DNA of 46,561 bases, taken from Nemertoderma westbladi (lineage: Eukaryota; Animalia; Xenacoelomorpha). Within the stretch, counting starts at the first letter, position 1. Every line of letters begins with the position of its first letter. The notes beneath the pieces were generated by a model. That model saw nothing but the letters and a program-made list of their open reading frames with translations. It made no database searches and had not been told where the DNA came from. Of the stretch, positions 36,510 through 46,561 are shown one piece after another. The DNA is taken from assembly GCA_032718475.1 (NCBI GenBank), contig JAUCBJ010007548.1, positions 1-46,561 of the forward strand, written 5' to 3'. The translations under genes and the position numbers were made by a program.

Positions 36510-36770
36510 AAAGTGTTCCAAAACAAGTAACACCACGGTGCAAAATTTCTACTGCCTTAAGTCGGATTTGAACCTGCGCCGCAAACACTATTGTGAAAGC
36601 AGTCAGGCGCTGAATCCATTCGGACACTGGGACATATGCCACGCACACCCCCCCCCCCCCCCACGCACACACCCACTATGCCACCTACACACACACTATA
36701 AAATTAAAAATGATATTTGTGTGGGTGAGGTTGACCTGTGTGTGAGAGGAGCGGTGACCGTTATGGGCCA
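36510..36770 (-). mobile_element. Inverted second copy of the same repeat family (3'-truncated, longer 5' region)
   Basis: Reverse complement of 35853-35995 plus ~115 extra bp (36624-36738). Confidence 0.7.
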
Positions 36771-36851
36771 GCGTATATTGATAGATGGGAGGCGATTGGG
36801 GGGGTAAATTGCGGACACACAAGGTATCAGATCATACTTCCAGGACTATAT

Positions 36852-36925
36852 TCTAGCCGCTGAATGGTTAGAACGTCAGACTTCCAATCCGGTGGTCACC
36901 AGTTCGATCCCACCTGGGACGTCAT
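36852..36925 (+). pseudogene. Degenerate tRNA-like sequence or SINE head
   Basis: TAGCCGCTGAATGGTTAGA...CTTCCAA...CAGTTCGATCCC; stems imperfect. Confidence 0.4.
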
Positions 36926-37906
36926 TGCCGACTTTGCAAAGCTGTGCCCAACAATAGTTATAATAAACCAGGTATTCTTGCTATATTAGAAGAATCAGAA
37001 ATTCTAGTTTTATTATCTGTCCTAAAACATCTAACACATCTTTAAGAATTAGGACGGAGTTAGCTGTCAGTATCAGTCTGTGGGTACCTCTGTGCTGCCA
37101 ACTTATGCAGTAATTACATTTTTGACAGTCTCATTAACGAACCACAAACTGACATATTTTTGTCCATGGATGAGCAAAGATATTACTTTATAATATAACT
37201 GACCCTTATTCACAAAAATATCAATTTCACGTTTTGCATCCATTACTACACAGGACTAGGGAGGCATGGTTTGAGCTTTGTGGCTGTATTGTTGCCTCTG
37301 AATGTCATGACAATTTTGCACAATAGCACCCTTAATTAATGATTTATCAAGAACTGGGTTTGTTGAACTTTTGAGCTACACCAGATCTTTCTTGTGTGTT
37401 ATTGCATTGGCCCGGCCTCGATACAGCTTTATCGAAATAATAATAATATCACAGCAGGCCAACGTAGGATTTAAAATAACGCAGGATTTATTTTATTTTT
37501 GCTTTCAACTGATTGTTTTATCTGTCAATTATATTGTTGGTTAGCTTTGTTTCACGTCCTTGCCCGTAACTCCCTGAGGTCAGCATTCGAGAATTTGTTT
37601 GAAGGACAGCCATATTGAAGGATGGATAGGATATTACTTTGATAATTATACTAATAAGAAAAGATACGGGTAAATACAGCGATTTGTATAAAATACATTG
37701 TGTATATTAGTAGTTTGCGATTACTATACTACAGTAGTGGTATATTTAACAACTGTAGCTACAGTAGTAGTTTATTAGGAGTGCAGGTCAACACGTTATT
37801 TCGCGTTAATATCACAATGCGTCAAAGGTTACAACGGGATAAAGGTTACAAAATTTATATTTCGAAAGCACAGAGTGAAATTACAAAAAAAATCATGTCA
37901 AGGCGA

Positions 37907-40850
37907 AAATATAGGCTAAAGTTCTAGAATATAGGCTACAGTTCGAGAATATAGGCTACAGTTCGAGAATATAGGCTACTGTTAGTGAATGTAGGCTACT
38001 GTTAGTGAATGTAGGCTACTGTTAGTGAATGTAGGCTACTGTTCGTGAATGTAGGCTACTGCACGTGAATGTAGGCTACTGTACGCGAATGTAGGCTACT
38101 GTTAGTGAATGTAGGCTACTGTTAGTGAATGTAGGCTACTGTTAGTGAATGTAGGCTACTGTTAGTGAATGTAGGCTACTGTACACGAATGTAGGCTACT
38201 CCATGTGAATGTAGGCTACTGTTAGTGAATGTAGGCTACTATTCGTGAACGTAGGCTACTGCACGTGAATGTAGGCTACTGTACATGAATGTAGGCTACT
38301 GTTAGTGAATGTAGGCTACTGTTAGGGAATGTAGGCTACTGCACGTGAATATAGGCTACTGTTAGTGAATGTAGGCTACTGTACATGAATGTAGGCTACT
38401 GTTAATGAATGTAGGCTACTGTACGTAAATGTAGGCTACTATTCGTGAATGTAGGCTACTGTACGTGAATGTAGGCTACTGTACGTGAATATAGGCTACT
38501 GTTAGTGAATGTAGGCTACTGTTAGTGAATGTAGGCTACTGTTAGTGAATGTAGGCTACTATTCGTGAATGTAGGCTACTGCACGTGAATGTAGGCTACT
38601 GTACGTGAATGTAGGCTACTGTTAGTGAATGTAGGCTACTGTTAGTGAATGTAGGCTACTGCACGTGAATATAGGCTACTGTTAGTGAATGTAGGCTACT
38701 GTTAGTGAATGTAGGCTACTGTTAGTGAATGTAGGCTACTGCACGTGAATATAGGCTACTGTTAGTGAATGTAGGCTACTGTACGTGAATGTAGGCTACT
38801 GTTAGTGAATGTAGGCTACTGTACGTGAATGTAGGCTACTATTCGTGAATGTAGGCTACTGTACGTGAATTTAGGCTACTGTACGTAAATATAGGCTACT
38901 GTTAGTGAATTTAGGTTACTGTTAGTGAATGTAGGCTACTGTTAGTGAATGTAGGCTACTGTTAGTGAATGTAGGCTACTGCACGTGAATATAGGCTACT
39001 GTTAGTGAATGTAGGCTACTGTTAGTGAATGTAGGCTACTGTTAGTGAATGTAGGCTACTGCACGTGAATATAGGCTACTGTTAGTGAATGTAGGCTACT
39101 GTACGTGAATGTAGGCTACTGTTAGTGAATGTAGGCTACTGTACGTGAATGTAGGCTACTATTCGTGAATGTAGGCTACTGTACGTGAATTTAGGCTACT
39201 GTACGTAAATATAGGCTACTGTTAGTGAATTTAGGTTACTGTTAGTGAATGTAGGCTACTGTTAGTGAATGTAGGCTACTATTCGTGAATGTAGGCTACT
39301 GTACGTGAATATAGGCTACTGTTAGTGAATGTAGGCTACTACTATTCGTGAATGTAGGCTACTGTACGTGAATGTAGGCTACTATTCGTGAATGTAGGCT
39401 ACTGTACGTGAATATAGACTACTGTTAGTGAATGTAGGCTACTGTACGTGAATGTAGGCTACTGTTAGTGAATGTAGGCTACTGTTCGTGAATGTAGGCT
39501 ACTTTACGTGAATTTAGGCTACTCTTAATGGCTACTGATCGTGAATTTAGGCTACTGTACGTGAATGTAGGCTACTATTCGTGAATGTAGGCTACTGTAC
39601 GTGAATGTAGGCTACTGTACGTGAATATAGGCTACTGTTAGTGAATGTAGGCTACTGTACGTGAATGTAAGCTACTATTCGTGAATGTAGGCTACTGTAC
39701 GTCATTATAGGCTACTGTACATGAATGTAGGCTACTGTACGTGAATATAGGCTACTGTAAGTGAATATAGGCTACTATTCGTGAATGTAGGCTACTATAC
39801 GTGAATATAGGCAACTGTTAGTGAATGTAGGCTACTGTACGTGAATGTAGGCTACTGTTAGTGAATATAGGCTACTATTCGTGAATGTAGGCTACTGTAC
39901 GTGAATGTAGGCTACTGTTAGTGAATGTAGGCTACTGTTAGTTAGTGTAGGCTACTATTCGTGAATGTAGGCTACTGTACGTGAATGTAGGCTACTATTC
40001 GTGAATGTAGGCTACTGTTAGTGAATGTATGCTACTATTCGTGAATGTAGGCTACTGTACGTGAATATAGGCTACTGTTAGTGAATGTAGGCTACTGTAC
40101 GTGAATATAGGCTACTGTTAGTGAATGTAGGCTACTGTACGTGAATGTAGGCTACTGTTAGTGAATATAGGCTACTGTTCGTGAATGTAGGCTACTTTAC
40201 GTGAATGTAGGCTACTCTTAATGGCTACTGATCGTGAAATTAGGCTACTGTGCCAGAATATAGGCTACTGTTCGTGAATGTAGGCTACTGTACGTGAATG
40301 TAGGCTACTGTACGTGAATGTAGGCTACTATTCGTGAATGAGGCTACTGTACGTAAATGTAGGCTACTGTACGTGAATGTAGGCTAGTGTTAGTGAATGT
40401 AGGCTACTATTCGTGAATGTAGGCTACTGTACGTGAATGTAGGCTACTATTTGTGAATGTAGGCTACTGTACGTGAATATAGGCTACTGTTAGTGAATGT
40501 AGGCTACTGTACGTGAATGTAGGCTACTGTTAGTGAATACAGGCTACTGTTCGTGAATGTGGGCTACTTTACGTGAATATAGGCTACTCTTAATGGCTAC
40601 TGATCGTGAATTTAGGCTATTGTGCCAGAATATAGGCTACTGTTCGTGAATGTAGGCTACTGTTCGTGAATGTAGGCTACTGTTCGTGAGTGTAGCCTAC
40701 TGTTCGTGAATGTAGGCTACTTTATAGGCGACTGTTCGTGAATATAGGCGACTGTTCGTGAATATAGGTTACTGTGCCAGAATATAGTCCACCTTTCGTG
40801 AATATAGGCTACTGTTCGTGAATGTAGGCTAAAGTTTGTGAATATAGACT
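37907..40850. repeat. 20-bp minisatellite, about 147 units (GAATGTAGGCTACT plus a variable hexamer)
   Basis: Directly visible; hexamer variants GTTAGT, GTACGT, GCACGT, ATTCGT, GTTCGT. Confidence 0.98.
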
Positions 40851-42175
40851 CGTGTTATCACGTATCTAAAGGCGCGAAATATTATTTAATTTAAGTTTTG
40901 GGTGAGTTACGAGGTAACTTATCATCAACTGGTTTTAGTTATAGAATTGTTGAAGTTGAAGATGTATCCCATTCATTCATTTAGTAAAGAAAATTTTGGT
41001 CTTACCGAGGTCTTTGAGGTTATTTAGTAATGACTTGGCAAATCTCGTGTATCTCGTCGTTGCCTAAGTAACAACAATATGAGAGAGTTTAATTTTGAAT
41101 ATTTTTTAAACCGGTTTCTAGGCCTATTTATATGATGAAGTTATCTAATGAGCCGATTATGATTTCTTTTTACTTTGAGTTAATGAGATTAGCCAAGGAT
41201 AATGAGGACTGTAACTTCCGTAGAACTTTGATCTCACTGAAGTTCTTATGGAGTTCGTCAAGGCCGTGTTGGATATACTCCGGATTATTCGAAATAAACT
41301 CGAGGTCGTCGGCATCAAATGTTTAGTTGGTAATTATTGCTGGCTGCGTACAGCTGGAGTTATCCCCGCCATTGTTGGATTATTTCGCGACGAATTCGGT
41401 CAGTTCGATAAACAGTTCGAAAATTTCGAAATTTATAATATAAATTGTTTATAGACTAAATGACCTTTTTCACTAAGTAGTAATTACTGCGACGTTTTCT
41501 TTGCGTTTATCTTGGTTTTTTTCCTTCGCAATTATTTTCCTAACAAAATACCTAACTAAACTAAGTTAAATTTTATTAAGTTTAAGTATTAATTAATTTT
41601 ATTTTTTTAGAATACGGTAGAATACGGTAGAATACGGTCGACTCAATCAAAATTATTTAATATAATAAAATAACAAATTTTATTAAATGAAGTTTTAGCA
41701 ATCGCACATTTATTATGTGAAAAATATTAGTACGAGTCAAGTAAAAGCTTTTTGTTCTGTCTGATAATAAATTAGTGTGAGGGTAGTCCTGGCGTTGTAC
41801 GAGAAATTTTCAAGACAACTTCAAACTATAATTATTATGTTGTAATCATCTAATGAATTATAAAAGCTGTTGTGATAATAGAAGATAGAGAGCAGTTAGC
41901 GAAATGATTATTTTATTCTATCCGATAGAGTAGTCGGAGTCTCAGAGAGGAGTCGAGGTGTCAATTGATTAATAACAATAACAGCAGTTGTCATGAATTC
42001 AATACAATCGCGCACAAGAAGTGATAAGACAAATTCGTTCTTATTTTTGTAATAAATAAAACAAGTTGAGAAGTTTCAATGTAAACCGCGATTAACAATT
42101 TACACTGTTCACTTTTAATTTTAATTTAATTAATTTTTTTAATTTAATTTTTTTAAGAAAAAAGGTCTGCATTTT

Positions 42176-42968
42176 TTGCACTTAAACGCACGATCTCTGC
42201 TTCCAAAACTTTCCGAAATTCGTATTTTAATCAATAAATCCAACCCAGCAGTTTTAACAATCTCTGAAACTTGGCTCGATGATAGTGTTTCTGATGGAGA
42301 AATTTATATTGATAATTACGTAGTTTTACGTAAGGATAGGGACAGACACGGTGGTGGTGTCTGTACTTACATTCGATGTGATTTAGCTTTTAATCGTAGG
42401 GAAGATTTAGAGACTTGTGACGAAGTTTTACTGGTGGAACTTTTACTTCCTAAAACTAAACCTATTTTAATCGGTACTTTATATCGGCCCCCTAAACAAT
42501 CAGATTTTTTGCAAAATTTTGAAAATACAATTTTATGTAATCTTAGGTCAGACTGTGAAATATATTTCTTAGGTGATTTTAATATCTGTTACCATCACAA
42601 AGCATCCCCCATCTGTAAACAGTACCAAAGTATTTTAAATTTGTTTGGTTTAAAACAAATTATTCGAGATTCTACCAGAATTACCAGTAAAACTTCTACT
42701 TTACTAGATCACATCCTTTGTAATAATACCGATATTATTTCTCAATCTGGGGTTTTACCTATAGGTCTAAGCGATCATTTTATAGTTTTTTGCACAAGAA
42801 AGACACAAAAATCTTTTTTCGGGGATCATAAAACAGTAACAGTTAGGTCTATGAAAAATTACAGCAAGGAACGCTTTTTAAGTTTGTTAGTTAATTCTGA
42901 CTGGGAACCCTGTTTTAAGGCCGCTGACATTAACCTTGCGTACACTGTTTTTAAAGATATCTTTTTAA
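42176..42968 (+). pseudogene. LINE ORF2, endonuclease part
   Basis: ORF 42176..43054 up to the TTAA insertion site. Confidence 0.9.
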
Positions 42969-44521
42969 CCCTATTAAACCCGGGGGGGGGTCAATATGAC
43001 CCCCCCCGTGGTTTTTTCATTATAATTCTGAAACAAAAGCAGTTGGGAATCTGAACTTTTATGACTTTTCCTAAAAATCTATTGTCTTCCTAGTATTGAA
43101 AACCGTTTTCAAAAATATTGGGTACTTTTCGAGTTATAGCACCATTTTTTAACCCTACTTTTGGCACTTTTTTTGAGACGTTTTTTGAAAATTACATTTC
43201 ATTAAATATGAATTGTAACATCTCTATTTTTGATTTACACCGGTTTTTTGGTGTTAGAAATTTGATGGAATTCATATAAATTGATTTAGAAATTTCAAAC
43301 TTGTTTTTTTCGGTGGGTGCCAAATTTTGGTGCCAGCACCAAATTTCGAAATAAGTCAATTTTGTAAATTGATCGTTTGAAACTTGTTTTTTACGCAATT
43401 GGGGTTTTTTGGGTTTCTGGATTCGATGAAATATATACGAGTTGCACCAAGCGTATCAAACTTGTATTTTTCGGTGCTGTGTGCAAATTTTGGTGCTAGC
43501 ACGAAATTTTGAAAATCCATTCAATAGATAAAATTGCTTGTGACAATTTATTTCTTGCGTTTTAGAGGTTTATGGCTGTTCTGAATTTAATGGAAAATAT
43601 AATTATCTATCTAGACATCTCAAACTTGTATTTTTCGGATGTGGGTGCAAAATTTGGTGCTAGCACCAAATTTTGAAAACCATCAAATATATCAATTGAT
43701 TGTGTCACCTTGTTTCTTGCGTTATACGGGTTTGTGATGGTTCTGAATTCAATGGAATCAGTAAAAATTTCATAAGAGTTCTCAAACTTGTATTTTTCGC
43801 CGGTGGGTGAAAATTGTTGTGCCAGCACCAAATTTTGGAAAATATGCAAATTGATAAGTAGATAGTATCACCTTGTTTCTTGCGTTATACGGGTTTATGA
43901 GGGTCCTGAATACGATGGAATCAATAAAAACAGCACTGGACATCGCAAACTTGTACTTTTTGGTGATGGGTACGAAATTTGGTGCTAGCACCAAAATTTG
44001 CCAAATTACGCCGAAAAATACAAGTAGCAATGATCTGGCATATTAGAAATGTATTCCATTAGAATCAGCGCCCTCGAAAACCTGAAAATGTGAATTTATA
44101 GCATCGTATAAGTGAATTACAAATTTTGTGTTCTAACTGAAAAGTGCTGGTTACTTGTTTTTTTCATTTTTTTCCTACGCAGAGAGGACTAAACAGCCAT
44201 TTATAGTAATCATATCATTTTTTAATGTTTTCCAATGTATTTTGCACCCCAGAAAACCTGTATTGAAAACTAATTAGCCGAAAATGTAACTTTCAAATTT
44301 GGTGAAAATTGTGCACTACTTGTAATTTTGGTGCTGCAATATAACCACCCCAGTACATTTTTTCGAAATTTTTTTTTTTCGGTCGGATCCAGACAAGTGA
44401 TACCTACGTACAAACAAAAAATCAGACGTTTTCGTAAATATTTGTAGATTTTAGAGGGGGGGGGTCAATATGACCCCTCCCCGGTATTTGTACAACATTT
44501 TATAGCCCGGTACTAATAGGG
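42969..44521. mobile_element. piggyBac-type non-autonomous element
   Basis: TTAA at 42965-68 and 44522-25; TIR CCCTATTA...TAATAGGG; subterminal palindrome GGGGGTCAATATGACCCC at both ends. Excision restores the frame ([13 protein letters not shown]). Confidence 0.92.
43295..44000. repeat. ~162-bp diverged tandem repeat (about 4.5 units) inside the piggyBac MITE
   Basis: AAACTTGTATTTTTCGG...AAATTTTGGTGCTAGCACCAAATTT at ~43298, 43459, 43622, 43784 and 43948. Confidence 0.8.
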
Positions 44522-44525
44522 TTAA

Positions 44526-46561
44526 AGGCACTTAATACTGTAGCACCAATTAAAGAAATTAGTCTTAAACAACGCACTGAGCCCTGGATGACCTCGGGTA
44601 TTCTTAGTAATATCAGAGAAAGAGATAACTATTTGTATAAATTTAGGAAATACCGTGTTTTAGCTGATTATAATAATTACTGCAAATATAGAAACCTTGT
44701 CCAACGGGAAATAAAAAAAGCTAAATCTGAATATTTGTACAACAAAATAAGTGAGAATAAAGATAATCCTAAAAGTCTATGGTCTACCCTAAAATCTGTA
44801 GGTTATAAAAACCTCAAATCTAAATCGAATATTGTTCTGCAAGATAACGGTGAGCTGATTCATGATCATACTCTAGTTAGTAATTTATTTAATAATTATT
44901 TTACTAATGTTGCCTCTAATTTAGTTAAGAAATTACCGTTATCAAGTAATAAATATAGTATAGGGTCCGAAACTCTAAAAAATTTTTATTTAGAAAAGTT
45001 ACAAAATTCAGAAAAGTTATTTTTAAAACCCGTTTCTGAGGATTTCGTTTTTAAAAATCTACTTAGCCTATCAGCCTCAAAAAGTACCGGTCTAGATCTA
45101 ATACCTGCCCGTTTTCTTAAGGATGGTGCTGAAGTACTTAAAGTGCCTATTACTTTTATTATTAATTACTCTATCGTAGATAATGTAGTACCAGACGAAC
45201 TGAAATTAGCTAAGGTTGTTCCTCTGTATAAAAAGAATAGTAAAGTAGAACCCTGTAATTACAGACCTGTTAGTATCTTAAGTATTGTATCTAAAATTCT
45301 AGAACGTTCTGTTTTTCTACAGCTGGAGGCACATCTTAGTAGGCTAAATCTGATCTATGAACTTCAGTCCGGTTTTCGTAAATCATATTCTACAGACACC
45401 TGCCTTATTAACTTAACTGATACAATTAGATGTAATAACGCAAAGGGTTTATATACCGGTATGGTAATGTTGGACCTACAAAAGGCTTTCGATACTGTAG
45501 ATCACGAAATTCTGCTTGGTAAGTTAGGCCTGATGGGTGTAGGTTCTATAGACTGGTTCAAGTCCTACCTGTCAGACAGAGGTCAAACTGTAGTCATTAG
45601 CAAATCGCTGTCTACTGTACAAGAGATTACCTGTGGTGTACCGCAAGGTAGTATATTAGGTCCTCTGCTTTTTGTATGCTATGTAAATGATATGATAAGT
45701 AGTATAGATCCCGATTTTAAACTCATTTTATATGCCGACGACAGTGCTCTTATTTTCTCTCATAAAGATCCTATCCATATTTCCCAAAAGTTAAGTGCAG
45801 TTCTAGAATCCTGTAATGAGTGGTTGGTTGATAATAAGCTATCCATTCACTACGGTAAAACTGAAAGTATTTTGTTTGGTTCCAAAAGAAAGTTAAAGAA
45901 GGTAACTAAGTTTGAAGTCACTAGTAATGGACATAAGATTGAAAATAAAAAGGAAGTTAAATATTTAGGCGCCACATTGGATAACTGCTTATCAGGAGAA
46001 AGTACAGTGAAAAATATTTTCTCGAAAGTTAACAGTAGGCTTAGGTTTCTATACAGAAATAAAAATAGTTTGAACACCGACTCCCGCAAGTTACTTTGCT
46101 CTTCTTTAATACAGTGTCACATGGACTATGCGTGCTCTTCTTGGTATGAAGGCTTAACCAAACAGCTTAAATGTAAATTACAAGTAGCTCAGAATAAAGT
46201 AGTACGATTTATTAAAGACTACAAACCTAGGCACCACCTAACTCCAGATGACTTTTCTGAATCTGGACTACTTAACTTAGATAGTAGAGTTAAGCAGCTA
46301 CGCCTTAACCATGTGCATAAAGTGTATAATGGTAAATGTCCCAATTACCTAAAACAAAAATTCAACAGAGTACGCGATACACACTCTTACAGTACCAGAG
46401 CTAGTGCTTCAAACTTCTACCTCCCGAATTGTAAATCCTTTGAATCTGATACTTTCTTTTTTAACGGCATAAAAAATTGGAACGCTCTGCCTAATGAAAT
46501 TAAAAACCTAAATAATCAACATTCTTTTAAATCTGCAGTTAAATCTCATCTCCGTGTGCAA
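44526..46561 (+). pseudogene. LINE ORF2, reverse transcriptase part, apparently open to the window end
   Basis: Continuous frame containing the RT motifs; no stop-terminated ORF is listed here, consistent with the frame running off the window. Confidence 0.9.

Larger units (their letters stand above)
42152..46561 (+). mobile_element. CR1/L2-type (Jockey-group) LINE, 5'-truncated ORF2 (APE endonuclease + RT), interrupted by a MITE; runs off the right edge
   Basis: APE motifs HLNARSL, ISETWL, YRPP, GDFN, LDH, SDH; RT motifs [33 protein letters not shown]. Confidence 0.95.

Noticed and set aside
36852-36925. Functional tRNA gene
   Set aside because: Acceptor and T stems do not pair properly; better read as a SINE head or pseudogene.
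37907-40850. CRISPR-like repeat/spacer array
   Set aside because: The variable parts are only 6 bp and drawn from about five recurring variants; the context is eukaryotic and there are no cas genes.
43192-44030. Short minus-strand ORFs as a piggyBac transposase
   Set aside because: They are translations of the 162-bp internal repeats and have no transposase motifs.

Overview
Eukaryotic (invertebrate-animal-like) genomic DNA, mostly nested transposons. The left half is a complete, young-looking but ORF-broken BEL/Pao LTR retrotransposon (copy B, 5193-23973, minus strand, 1185-bp LTRs, TSD ATATC). It sits inside the 5' LTR of a related copy (copy A, running off the left edge). The gag of B is split by a CCC...GGG DNA transposon (2-bp TSD) that itself carries a HERO/CRE-like non-LTR fragment. 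Neither BEL copy has a tRNA-type (TGG...) primer-binding site. Instead, the 11-12 nt next to the 5' LTR are the exact reverse complement of a conserved 12-mer inside the LTR, which suggests Tf1-like self-primed reverse transcription in a BEL/Pao element; this is the best novelty candidate. The right half holds an Academ derivative, one likely host gene (intronless, secreted/GPI-anchored, 10-Cys Ly6/uPAR-like), several MITEs and tRNA-derived repeats (one with a minimal hammerhead ribozyme between pol III A and B boxes), a 2.9-kb 20-bp minisatellite, and a CR1/L2-type LINE ORF2 split by a piggyBac-type MITE. All calls are by eye, without database searches.
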